This document shows positions 32,286-41,800 of a stretch of 64,000 bases of DNA, one piece after another (the first letter of the stretch is position 1; each line of letters starts with the position of its first letter). The stretch is from an uncultured Micavibrio sp. GTDB lineage: Bacteria; Patescibacteriota; Minisyncoccia; Moranbacterales; GCA-2747515. The stretch spans positions 561 through 64,560 of the forward strand of contig CAZHQB010000001.1 of NCBI GenBank assembly GCA_964534895.1. Direction: 5' to 3'. The position numbers were made by a program, and so were the translations under genes. The notes below the pieces were generated by a model, which saw only the letters and a list, made by a program, of their open reading frames with translations, was not told where the DNA came from and did no database searches.

Positions 32286-34013
32286 TTGTTTATCAAATCT
32301 TCAATATTTCGTACAATCTTTTCACCAAAATTATTATTTCACGCAACAAAGAATGTTTCTGTGTTTAAAAAAACGATCATTCTATTCCTAATAGTTATCA
32401 TCGTTGGAAGTTTTATATGGTGGATTATATCAATTTATTATTTTATGACTGTAGCAAATCCTGCTAGAGGAGGACAATATACAGAAGCGTATGTTGGGCA
32501 ACCTAGGTACATAAATCCACTTTTGTCACATTCTTCTTCAGCAGATCGTGGATTAGTGAAATTGATTTTTAGTGGATTATTTGATTATAATGAAAATGGT
32601 CTTTTGCGAGAGGATATTGCAGAGAATTTTGAAGTAAGTGATGATGTAAAGGAATATACTATTTTTTTACGTAAAGATGTAAAATGGCATGATGGAGAGA
32701 GCCTAACTGTTGATGATGTCATGTATACATTAGATACTGCAAAGGATATTGCATATGGAGCAGCAGGTGTGAGTAATGATATGCGTCTTGTGTGGAGTGA
32801 TGTTAAATATGAAAAAATTGATGATTATACAATTAAATTTATTTTAAGCGAACCTAATAGTGATTTTTTGCATAATTTGACGATAGGAATACTGCCAAAA
32901 CATATTTGGGAGAATATTAGCCCTGAACAATTTCAATTGTCAGAGTATAATCAAAAACCCATTGGATCGGGGCCATATACATTTGTAGATTTAAAGATTG
33001 ATGAAGATAAAGATATTATCTCTTCTTACACATTGCGAGCAAATAAAATGTATTATAAAGGAGAAGCTTTTATTACAAAATTTGTTATAAATTTTTATTC
33101 AACACGTGCAGATGCAATTGCTGCATACAACGATGGAGTAGTATCAGCAGTAATTGTTGATAAAAAGAAATATGTCGAGGCTTTGAATAAAGTTGCCCAA
33201 ATAAAATCTATAAAATTACCACATTATTTTGCAGTTTTTTTCAATCAAACAAAAAGTGTACCACTTGCTTTTAAAGAAGTGAGAGAAGCACTTGTGTTAG
33301 CAACTGATAAAAATGAAATTATAGAAAAAGTATTTGCAAATAATGCAGATGTTAGACGGTCTCCTTTTGCGGATGGTGTTATTGGATTTAATAAGGACAT
33401 GCAGCAGGCTTCGTTTAATGCAGACAATGCCAAGGATCTTTTGGAAAAAAGTGGTTGGAAAATAAAAGATGATGGTATTCGTATGAAAAATGAAGATAGA
33501 TTATCGTTTACATTACATATTAATGCTAATCATGAAGAACTTGCACAAGTTGCTCAAATATTAAAAGAACAATGGAGAAAAATTGGTGTAGAATTAAAAA
33601 TTCAAGAGCATCAAAAAAGTGATTTAGAAGCGAATATTATAAAACCTCGTGATTATGATGCTTTGCTTTATGCACATCAAATGCGTTTTGAACCAAATTT
33701 ATTACCGCTCTGGCATGGAGCAGAAAAGGATGACCCTGGTGTGAATTATGCTCTTTTTGATGATAAGCAAATGAATGATTATTTAGAAGCTCTTGTTGCA
33801 GAAAAAAATGATGATACTCGTAAAAAATTATATAAGAAACAACAAGAACGTTTAAAAAATGAAGTTCCTGCAGTATTTCTTTTTGCCCCAAATCTTTCTT
33901 TTATGTATAATGATAATATAAAAAATATTCGTGTAAATCGGGCAAATATATCGAGTGATAGATATGTGGATGTTCATTTGTGGTATATTAAAGAAAAACG
34001 TGTAAAAAAATAG
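32286..34013 (+). CDS. ABC transporter substrate-binding protein, family 5 (peptide/nickel-type), membrane-anchored
   Basis: N-terminal TM anchor, then SBP_bac_5-like segments (VGQPRYINPLL, VKWHDGESLTVDDVMYT). The start codon is uncertain (TTG at 32286 or GTG at 32361). No permease or ATPase gene lies nearby. Confidence 0.75.
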   Translation: MFIKSSIFRTIFSPKLLFHATKNVSVFKKTIILFLIVIIVGSFIWWIISIYYFMTVANPARGGQYTEAYVGQPRYINPLLSHSSSADRGLVKLIFSGLFDYNENGLLREDIAENFEVSDDVKEYTIFLRKDVKWHDGESLTVDDVMYTLDTAKDIAYGAAGVSNDMRLVWSDVKYEKIDDYTIKFILSEPNSDFLHNLTIGILPKHIWENISPEQFQLSEYNQKPIGSGPYTFVDLKIDEDKDIISSYTLRANKMYYKGEAFITKFVINFYSTRADAIAAYNDGVVSAVIVDKKKYVEALNKVAQIKSIKLPHYFAVFFNQTKSVPLAFKEVREALVLATDKNEIIEKVFANNADVRRSPFADGVIGFNKDMQQASFNADNAKDLLEKSGWKIKDDGIRMKNEDRLSFTLHINANHEELAQVAQILKEQWRKIGVELKIQEHQKSDLEANIIKPRDYDALLYAHQMRFEPNLLPLWHGAEKDDPGVNYALFDDKQMNDYLEALVAEKNDDTRKKLYKKQQERLKNEVPAVFLFAPNLSFMYNDNIKNIRVNRANISSDRYVDVHLWYIKEKRVKK

Positions 34014-34120
34014 TATAGAATCCTTATGTTTTGCAGATTAGTATTTTTTTAATTATGTATAGTATAAGGAAATATTTGTAATTAATAATTTGTTAAAATG
34101 TAAAAATTTTAAATAAAAAA

Positions 34121-35143
34121 ATGAAAAAAAATATTGACAAAAGTAATCTTCGTAGAGTAATTTTATCAACGGCAGATCAGTTTAAAGAGGGGGTGGCTAT
34201 TGCGAAAGATATTAATATAAATGTGCAATTTTCGCGTGTTATGGTATCTGGAATGGGGGGGAGTGCACTACATGCAAATGTATTAAGAATTATTTTGAAT
34301 GATACTGCTAAAAAATATAATCACTATAGGGTAACATCAGTTTATCAGAACCGTTTTTATAAACTGCCACCAGAAGCATATAATGATTGCTTAAATATCA
34401 TTTGTTCACACTCAGGAAACACTGAAGAGACGATAGCATCTTTTGAAGAAGCATTAGAAAATAATTTACCGTGTATAGGAATTTCATCTGGAGGTATTAT
34501 CAAAGACATGTGTAAAAAAAATAACGTGCCACATATAAAATTACCAATTCCTTTTGAAAATTTTCAACCACGTATGGCTACTGGACATTTTGTATCTTCA
34601 ATTTTACAAGTTTTAGTAAACGCAAAAAAACTTCCAAAAGAAATTGTAGAAATGGATGAAATTAGTGAACAATTAAGAGATGCTACACTACAAATGGAAG
34701 AACGAGGTAAAAGAATTGCTGAAATTTTAGTTGGAAAAACTCCTATAATATATGCTTCGACAAAATTTAAGGCGTTAGCGATGATTTGGAAAATTAAAAT
34801 TAATGAAAATGCAAAGACACCAGCATTTTGGAATTATTTTCCAGAACTAAATCATAATGAATTTGTTGGTTTTTCAAATCCACAGGCACAATTTCATATA
34901 CTTATGCTTAGGGATTTAAAAGATTATTCACGTAATTTATTGCGTTATAAATTAACAGCAAAATTTTTGGAGAAAAAAGGAATAAAGACGGAGATTATTG
35001 ACATGCCAGAGGGAAATATTTTATATCGTGCATTTGCAACAATAACGTTAGCTGATTGGATTTCCTATTATCTTGCACTTGAGTATAAACAAGATCCAAC
35101 TCCTGTTGATATGGTAGAAGAATTAAAAAAAGCATTAAAATGA
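34121..35143 (+). CDS. SIS-domain sugar isomerase, bifunctional phosphoglucose/phosphomannose isomerase type
   Basis: About 340 aa with the motif MVSGMGGSALHANVL and a size and layout typical of archaeal-type PGI/PMI. Confidence 0.55.
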   Translation: MKKNIDKSNLRRVILSTADQFKEGVAIAKDININVQFSRVMVSGMGGSALHANVLRIILNDTAKKYNHYRVTSVYQNRFYKLPPEAYNDCLNIICSHSGNTEETIASFEEALENNLPCIGISSGGIIKDMCKKNNVPHIKLPIPFENFQPRMATGHFVSSILQVLVNAKKLPKEIVEMDEISEQLRDATLQMEERGKRIAEILVGKTPIIYASTKFKALAMIWKIKINENAKTPAFWNYFPELNHNEFVGFSNPQAQFHILMLRDLKDYSRNLLRYKLTAKFLEKKGIKTEIIDMPEGNILYRAFATITLADWISYYLALEYKQDPTPVDMVEELKKALK

Positions 35144-35166
35144 TCCTTGCATATAGTATATTTTTA

Positions 35167-35370
35167 TGCTATAATAAATAGACTATTAAAGAGATCACTG
35201 AAAAACTAATAATTTGTCATTTTGATTGTAGCGTAAGCAGAATGGAGAAATATCTAAATTAACAGTTTTATTAAATTCTTACAGATTTGAGTGCCACAGA
35301 GTATATTCTCTGCCTACGGTATTTACCTCATTCTCTCGAATTCACTTACGCTGTGTTCAAGATGACAACA
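35167..35370 (+). ncRNA. Candidate structured ncRNA of unknown class, with extended -10 promoter TGCTATAAT (35167-35175) and a 24-bp closing helix (35214-35237 / 35345-35368)
   Basis: The 570-nt non-coding gap is exceptional in this compact genome. The helix has 19 Watson-Crick pairs and 4 G.U pairs, which exist only in the + strand transcript. A nested helix (AGAATGGAGAAATA / TATTTACCTCATTCT) and an apical hairpin CAGAG-TATATT-CTCTG (35296-35311) lie inside it. Confidence 0.3.
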
Positions 35371-35711
35371 AATTTTAATTTTTTAGTGTTCTAATTAAAT
35401 TACTTTTCGAATTTATAGTAAATAGCTATTTGTATATCTCTTGTTGAAAGAGAGCATTGATGTTGTTTTTACGCAATATATCTTGTGTATAATTTTTTAA
35501 ACGAGACTATACTGGAGATAAGTTTTGTAATAAAAGCTTATTGGAAGTTCGAATCTTTCGCGGGATACACATTATAAAGCAAGAGTAATATAGAAGAATA
35601 AAATGGTCGATATTTTTTATTAATAATATTACTAATAAATCTTTCTTATGTAATCAGTAAACGTATGTCATTTTTAGTTTAATCAAGAAGTGGGCATACA
35701 TAATTTTAATT

Positions 35712-37778
35712 ATGATAAAAAAAACAAGAAAAACACGTCAAACGACTAGTACAAAAAATAATAATATGGGGCGTATTGTAAGTAGAACAGCACAACGAAA
35801 TGCACAAAAGGCGCGTGAAAATGCGCAAAAAAAAGGAACTAAAAATGATAGTGCACGCGAAAGCATTAAAAAAAATACACAAAAAAAACGTGGTGTGACA
35901 ACAAAAAAAACTTCACGTAAATATAGTACAAAGAAGACTGTTAAACGTATTAATAATCAACCATTAAATAAAAAAAAGAAGACGGTAAAGAAAATTAATA
36001 AAAATAATAAAAAACGTGGCGGGAGAAAACAAACATTACCAACAAACGCTGAGCGTATCGTATTATCAACACGATCAAATGGGGAACAACACATTCAGAA
36101 AGTTCCTAGGGTAGAAAAAGATACTTTGCGTATTATTCCAATCGGAGGGCAAGAAGAAGTTGGTCGTAATATGGTGATATTTGAATATGGTAAGGATATT
36201 GTGATTGTTGATATGGGAATGCAATTTCCAGAAGAAGATATGCCAGGTATTGATTATATTGTACCAAATACAAATTATCTTAAAGGTAAAGAACAAAATA
36301 TTCGTGGTGTAATCTTTACACATGGACATTTGGACCATATTGGAGCTGCACCTATATTATTAAAACAATTGGGATATCCTCCCGTTATTGCGCGTGATCT
36401 CACATTAGCTCTCATTAAGAAAAAATTAGAAGATGGTGATCCAGGTGCTAGTGATAAGATGCGTACAATTAGCATAAAAAATATTGATAGAAAAATTAGA
36501 CTTGGGGCTTTTGTTGCAAATTTTTTTGAAGTAGAACATTCAATAATGGATTCTATGGGAGTAGCTCTTGAGACACCAGTCGGGACACCTATTCACTTAG
36601 GAGATTGGATGATTAATCATGATCCAGTTGATGGTAAAACTGTTACATATGAAGCACTTAAAAATTTTAAAGAGCCGCGTATTCTTATGCTCGAAAGTTT
36701 AGGTGTAATGGCAAAAAAGTCAAAGAGTGACAAAGATGTCCAAGGTAATATTGAAACTCTTATAAGAGATGCAAAAGGTCGTATAATACTTGCTACTTTT
36801 TCATCACAAATTAAACGTATAAAATTATTGCTTCAGTATGCTCAAAAACTTGGAAAAAAAGTTGCATTAGATGGGTATTCTATGCGAACAAATATTGAAA
36901 TTGCACAACAATTAGGTTATTTAAATGTGGCGAAGAATTTATTAATACCAATTAATGATATTGATAAATACCCAGATAATAAAATATTGATACTTTGTAC
37001 AGGGGCACAAGGAGAGCATAATGCAGTATTAAATCGTATTGTTACAGATAATCATAGATTTATAAAATTAAAGAAAACGGATACCATTGTATTTTCTTCA
37101 TCTGTTATACCAGGAAATGAACGTTCAGTTCAAAGGTTAAAAGATAATTTGTATCGTAAATGTGATAATGTTGTTCATTCTAATATTATGATACATACCA
37201 GCGGACATGCAACACAAGATGATATAAAAGCTATGATTAAATATGCACAACCACAATATTTTATTCCAATTTATGCAAATTATTTTATGTTAAAAGAAGC
37301 AGCTAAACTTGCAATAGAAATGGGATTTCCACCAAAACGGATTGGTATATTAGATAATGGTGGAATAATTGAGTTTAGTAAAAAAGGCGGTCGTATTCGT
37401 AAAGAAAAAGCAGATTCTAGTTATGTATTTGTTGATGGACTTGGGGTTGGTGATATAGGTCATGTAGTCCTTAGAGATAGACAGATGTTGTCAGCGGATG
37501 GTATGTATGTAATCACAGTACTTGTAGATAGTAAGACAAAAGAAGTTGTTGGTAATATGCAAATTACTTCTAGGGGATTTATTTATGTTAAGGAAAATTT
37601 CGATCTTGTAAATGAGACAAAACGTAAGGTTAAGAGTATAATTAAAAAATCAACAAGTAGAGATACAAAAATAGATTTTCGACAAGTAGAAAATGATATA
37701 CGGGACAAGATTGGAGAGTATCTTTTTCAAAAAACTCAGAGACGGCCGATGATTTTACCTGTTGTTATTGAGGTATAA
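35712..37778 (+). CDS. rnj: Ribonuclease J (beta-CASP metallo-beta-lactamase RNase) with a ~130-aa highly basic N-terminal tail
   Basis: Motifs IIPIGGQEEVGRNMVIFEYG and HGHLDHIG, followed by beta-CASP and C-terminal domains. The first 130 residues are Lys/Arg/Thr-rich and low-complexity. Confidence 0.9.
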   Translation: MIKKTRKTRQTTSTKNNNMGRIVSRTAQRNAQKARENAQKKGTKNDSARESIKKNTQKKRGVTTKKTSRKYSTKKTVKRINNQPLNKKKKTVKKINKNNKKRGGRKQTLPTNAERIVLSTRSNGEQHIQKVPRVEKDTLRIIPIGGQEEVGRNMVIFEYGKDIVIVDMGMQFPEEDMPGIDYIVPNTNYLKGKEQNIRGVIFTHGHLDHIGAAPILLKQLGYPPVIARDLTLALIKKKLEDGDPGASDKMRTISIKNIDRKIRLGAFVANFFEVEHSIMDSMGVALETPVGTPIHLGDWMINHDPVDGKTVTYEALKNFKEPRILMLESLGVMAKKSKSDKDVQGNIETLIRDAKGRIILATFSSQIKRIKLLLQYAQKLGKKVALDGYSMRTNIEIAQQLGYLNVAKNLLIPINDIDKYPDNKILILCTGAQGEHNAVLNRIVTDNHRFIKLKKTDTIVFSSSVIPGNERSVQRLKDNLYRKCDNVVHSNIMIHTSGHATQDDIKAMIKYAQPQYFIPIYANYFMLKEAAKLAIEMGFPPKRIGILDNGGIIEFSKKGGRIRKEKADSSYVFVDGLGVGDIGHVVLRDRQMLSADGMYVITVLVDSKTKEVVGNMQITSRGFIYVKENFDLVNETKRKVKSIIKKSTSRDTKIDFRQVENDIRDKIGEYLFQKTQRRPMILPVVIEV

Positions 37779-37804
37779 TTTGTAAGATTGAATTATCAAA
37801 CATA

Positions 37805-38227
37805 ATGAATCTTAGGCAAAGTATTAAGAAGGCGCAAATGAATTTCAAGCAAATGATTCCTATTTTGATTGGAGTTTTGTTGTTGGCAAATTTATTGAAT
37901 GTAATTTTGCAGAAATATTATGTAGTATTATTTAGCGGAAATTATTGGAAGGATACCGTTGTAGGGGCTTTAGTTGGAAGTTTTTCTTTTGGAGTAGCCT
38001 TAACTAGTTATATTGTTGGTGGAGAATTTCTAGATAAAGGTGTAAGCTTATTGGCAGTGACAGCTTTTATTATGACTTGGACAACGGTGGGGGTGGTGAT
38101 GTTACCCTTAGAAGCTAAAATGTTGGGTAAAAAATTTGCCATTTGGCGAAATATTTTAAATTTTATATTTGCTATTGTTATTTCTATTTTGACAGTGGTG
38201 ATTTTGGAGATGTTAGATATAAGATAA
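37805..38227 (+). CDS. Hypothetical polytopic membrane protein, possibly half of a split permease
   Basis: 140 aa with four predicted TM helices. Confidence 0.45.
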   Translation: MNLRQSIKKAQMNFKQMIPILIGVLLLANLLNVILQKYYVVLFSGNYWKDTVVGALVGSFSFGVALTSYIVGGEFLDKGVSLLAVTAFIMTWTTVGVVMLPLEAKMLGKKFAIWRNILNFIFAIVISILTVVILEMLDIR

Positions 38228-38260
38228 ATAGTGTTTTTTGAGTGATTGAAATTTTGTATT

Positions 38261-38776
38261 ATGAATAGGCAAAAACAGGAAAAACAAAAGAATAAAATTT
38301 CTGGAGTGCTCGTTTTTTGGATAGTAATTTTAGTATTATATTCAATTATTTTTGTAATAAAACCAGAATTGGCTCAGCAGGGCATTATTCATACTGGACA
38401 AACTTTATTAAAGATATTGCCAATTTTTATCTTAATTTTTGGAATAATGATTTTGACTAATATGTTTTTAACTCCAGAAAGAGTAAAAAAGCATTTTGGT
38501 AAAGAGGCTGGTTTGAGGGGTTGGATGTATGCTTTAATTTTTGGTGTTTTGGTAGCTGGTCCACCGTATGCACTTTATCCAATGTTAAAAAACATGAAAG
38601 AACATGGTTTGAAAACTAGTTATCTAGCTACCTTTTTGTATAATCGTAATGTTAAAATTCCTTTAATCCCAGTGATGTGGTATTACTTCGGTTGGCAATA
38701 TACAGTAATTTTGACAATTTTGGTAATTGTTTTTTCAATATTTAGTGGTATAATAATGGAGTGGATAGATGACTAA
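38261..38776 (+). CDS. Hypothetical polytopic membrane protein, possibly the second permease half
   Basis: ATG at 38261 (the track's 38246 is a TTG). It has about five TM helices and lies directly downstream of the previous membrane protein. Confidence 0.45.
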   Translation: MNRQKQEKQKNKISGVLVFWIVILVLYSIIFVIKPELAQQGIIHTGQTLLKILPIFILIFGIMILTNMFLTPERVKKHFGKEAGLRGWMYALIFGVLVAGPPYALYPMLKNMKEHGLKTSYLATFLYNRNVKIPLIPVMWYYFGWQYTVILTILVIVFSIFSGIIMEWIDD

Positions 38777-38795
38777 AAAATAAATTGATTAATTT

Positions 38796-39782
38796 ATGCA
38801 AAAAACATTTTCAGGAGTTCAACCTAGTGGTGAGTTACATTTAGGAAATTATTTAGGTGCTATTAGAAGTTGGGTAAATATGCAGGAAGAATTTGACGCA
38901 ACTTTTTGTATTGTGGACCTTCACGCTATTACAGTGGATCAAGATCCAAAGGAATTGAATAGAAGAATTTTGGATGTTGCAAAAATGTATATAGCATTAG
39001 GGATAAATCCTAAAAAGTCAAATATTTTTGTTCAATCAGATGTAAGCGCGCATGCAGAGTTGTGTTGGATTTTGAATTGTACAGTAGCTCGTATGGGTGA
39101 TATGGAAAAAATGACACAATTTAAAGACAAAAGTGCAAAAGGTGGTGCAGAGCGTGCAAGTGTTGGATTGTTTGATTATCCTGTACTTATGGCTGCAGAT
39201 ATTTTGCTTTATGATACAGATGTTGTGCCCGTGGGTGAAGATCAAATTCAACATGTCGAGCTCGCTCGTACGTTGGCTAGACGATTTAATAAAAAATTTG
39301 GGGATACTTTTGTGGTACCTGAATATAAATTGAATAAAGAAGGAGGGCGTATTATGGGTTTGGATAATCCTCAGAAAAAAATGAGTAAATCTGCAACAAG
39401 CGAATATAATTATATAAATTTAATGGACAGTCCCAATGCTGTGCGTAAAAAAATAAGAAAAGCTGTTACTGATAGTGAAAAATATATAAGTTATTCTAGT
39501 AATAGACCTGCTGTGCAAAATTTGATAAATATTTATTCGTTACTTTCAAATAAAAATACGAAAGATATCGAACAAATATATAATGGTAAAGGATTTGGAG
39601 AGTTTAAGGTTGATTTGGCTGAAGTGATTAATGAGTTTTTAGAGTCATTTCAGAAAAAAGCAAACAACATTAATGATGATGATGTAAAAGTGATTTTAAA
39701 CGCGGGAGCAAGAAATGCAAAGAAACAAGCTGATAAAAAAATAAAAGATATAAAAAATAAAATTGGATTTATTAATAAATAA
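38796..39782 (+). CDS. trpS: Tryptophanyl-tRNA synthetase
   Basis: HIGH-type motif PSGELHLGNY, a KMSKS motif and a Trp-specific pocket region. 328 aa. Confidence 0.95.
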   Translation: MQKTFSGVQPSGELHLGNYLGAIRSWVNMQEEFDATFCIVDLHAITVDQDPKELNRRILDVAKMYIALGINPKKSNIFVQSDVSAHAELCWILNCTVARMGDMEKMTQFKDKSAKGGAERASVGLFDYPVLMAADILLYDTDVVPVGEDQIQHVELARTLARRFNKKFGDTFVVPEYKLNKEGGRIMGLDNPQKKMSKSATSEYNYINLMDSPNAVRKKIRKAVTDSEKYISYSSNRPAVQNLINIYSLLSNKNTKDIEQIYNGKGFGEFKVDLAEVINEFLESFQKKANNINDDDVKVILNAGARNAKKQADKKIKDIKNKIGFINK

Positions 39783-39792
39783 TTTTAGTTAT

Positions 39793-40248
39793 ATGTTTAA
39801 AGAGTCGATATTACCAAAAAATACTTCAAAAGAAATGCTTAGTGTAATGGAACCTTTGACATTGTCAATGAAAGAGGCTGGCATAAGATATAATGAGAAG
39901 TCGGAGTTAGTCAAACATATACGTGACAACATTACTACTTTAGTTGCTAAAAAACAAGATAAAAATGGTGATTTATATTGGCAGGAAATAGTAAAAAAAA
40001 TCCAAGCAGTTTTTTTTGATCAGTATACTGATGAAGAATTATTAACTCATGTAATGTATCGTGTATTAAATGATATTGAAACTGATTTCGATGATAGTCA
40101 AGCCAATTCTGTTATATTTGATGAGGCGGATATGAGAGTAGATAAATTTTTAAATGATTTAGATAGAGTGAGTGATATGGATGAAATAGATTTTTTGTAT
40201 AAGCAATTAGATAGTTTACTTAAATTGCAAGAAGATATTTTGCAATAA
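39793..40248 (+). CDS. Hypothetical protein, paralog 1 (HVMYRVL motif)
   Basis: ATG at 39793 (the track's TTG at 39763 overlaps trpS). It shares the motif EE-x3-HVMYRVL with the next gene. Confidence 0.45.
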   Translation: MFKESILPKNTSKEMLSVMEPLTLSMKEAGIRYNEKSELVKHIRDNITTLVAKKQDKNGDLYWQEIVKKIQAVFFDQYTDEELLTHVMYRVLNDIETDFDDSQANSVIFDEADMRVDKFLNDLDRVSDMDEIDFLYKQLDSLLKLQEDILQ

Positions 40249-40272
40249 TATTATAATTGATATTAAAAAATA

Positions 40273-40884
40273 ATGGAAAAATTACAATTCACACGTGCTA
40301 AAAAACTAGATATAAATAAAACAAAAGAAACAAAAAAGCGGGAGTTAAATAATCGTGAATATTTATTTGCAATGGAAGCAGAACAAAAACGTAGAGCAAA
40401 ACAACATTTAAGAAAAATGGTTTTTGAAAATATAAAAAATATTTTAGGTTCTGAAGAAGCAATTATGAGGTTTGATGATATCGTAAGAGATATTCATAAT
40501 GTGTGTTTTGGAGATTTATTACAAGAACAAAAACAACTTACAATAGATGATGATACGCAAGTTACTTCAATAAATGATGTCGTTACAGGTAAAGCTTTGG
40601 AGCAATTTAAAAATTCTGTTGAATTGGGAAAAAATATAATTTTTAATGATAAATCAAAGAAAAAAAATGAAAAATTAATACCAGTAGGGAGAGAAGAAAT
40701 CTCCAGTCATGTTATGTATCGTGTACTTGTTGCTACACAGATTGATGATAAACTTAAGGAACGAGATCGCACATTTGTATATGATGATAGAGATAAAAAA
40801 ATTGAGAATATTTTGAATGGATTTGCAAAAGTGCAGAGTGAAGAAGAATTATTTACTTTGGAAAATAAATTAAAAAAAAGATAG
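40273..40884 (+). CDS. Hypothetical protein, paralog 2 (HVMYRVL motif)
   Basis: 203 aa, Lys/Glu-rich, with EEISSHVMYRVLVATQIDD matching paralog 1. Confidence 0.45.
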   Translation: MEKLQFTRAKKLDINKTKETKKRELNNREYLFAMEAEQKRRAKQHLRKMVFENIKNILGSEEAIMRFDDIVRDIHNVCFGDLLQEQKQLTIDDDTQVTSINDVVTGKALEQFKNSVELGKNIIFNDKSKKKNEKLIPVGREEISSHVMYRVLVATQIDDKLKERDRTFVYDDRDKKIENILNGFAKVQSEEELFTLENKLKKR

Positions 40885-41000
40885 TAATATTATAAATAAA
40901 CAACATTACTCAAGAAATACGCTACATTGATGTATAAGGTATTTTATTGTTAAATGTGTATATTTTTGTAAGGATTTTATTAATAAATAGTGTCAAAATT

Positions 41001-41765
41001 ATGAAAATGAAAAACGATTACAAAGCATTTGCTTTCGATTTAGACGGAACGTTAGCAGTAAGTAAATCAGCTTTATCAGAGGAGGTGTCACAATTTTTAT
41101 GTAAATTATTATCAAAAGGTAAGTCTGTGATGATAATTTCTGGAGGTTGGATGCCTCAATTTGAAAAACAATTTTTAGCAAATTTTAAATGTCCCAAAAA
41201 GAATCTAAAGAGGTTGTATTTGATGCCAACTAGTGGTGCAGTAATGTATTTTTATGATGGAGAAAAATGGGATAAAAAATATGAACATAAAATTCCAAAG
41301 GAAGATGTGCAGATGATATCAAATGCTTTTGATAGTATTCTTAGCAAATTATCATTTAAAATGCCAAAGGAAAATATTTGGGGTGAACAATTTGAAAATC
41401 GTATCACACAAATTAGTTATTCAGCATTGGGTCAGCAAGCACCTATAGAAGAAAAAGAGAAATGGGATAGTAATGATTTAAAGAAAGCTGAAATGGTAAA
41501 ATTGTTGGTACCAATGTTACCAAAATACACAGTTAAATCTGGTGGCACGACAACAATTGATGTGACCTTAAAAGGCGTGGATAAGGGATTTGGTATGGAG
41601 CAATTTTTGAAAGAATCTGGTTTTAAAAAGGAGGAAGTGCTGTTCACAGGAGATAGATTGTATGAAGGAGGCAATGATTATGCTGTGGTGCGAACTGGAG
41701 TTGATACCTGTGAGGTTGATAACCCTAGGGATATGTTACATAAACTTTCGAAGTTTGTGGATTAG
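41001..41765 (+). CDS. HAD-superfamily hydrolase, phosphomannomutase (PMM)-like
   Basis: HAD motif I FAFDLDGTL and a C-terminal FTGDRLYEGGNDYAVV that resembles the eukaryotic-type PMM motif FGDKT..GGND. The ATG at 41001 is preferred. Confidence 0.55.
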   Translation: MKMKNDYKAFAFDLDGTLAVSKSALSEEVSQFLCKLLSKGKSVMIISGGWMPQFEKQFLANFKCPKKNLKRLYLMPTSGAVMYFYDGEKWDKKYEHKIPKEDVQMISNAFDSILSKLSFKMPKENIWGEQFENRITQISYSALGQQAPIEEKEKWDSNDLKKAEMVKLLVPMLPKYTVKSGGTTTIDVTLKGVDKGFGMEQFLKESGFKKEEVLFTGDRLYEGGNDYAVVRTGVDTCEVDNPRDMLHKLSKFVD

Positions 41766-41800
41766 ATTATGTGATTTTTTATTTTTTTAATTAAATTATT

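Noticed and set aside
35543-35567. tmRNA or tRNA-like 3' domain (GGAAG-TTCGAAT-CTTTC-GCGGGAT-A)
   Set aside because: No acceptable 5' acceptor partner ([AG]T[CT][CT][CT]G[CT]) with a D-arm is present in the 400 nt upstream. The best match (ATCTTGT at 35480) needs three G.U pairs and gives no D or anticodon arms. No tag-peptide reading frame ending in ...AA-stop was found either.
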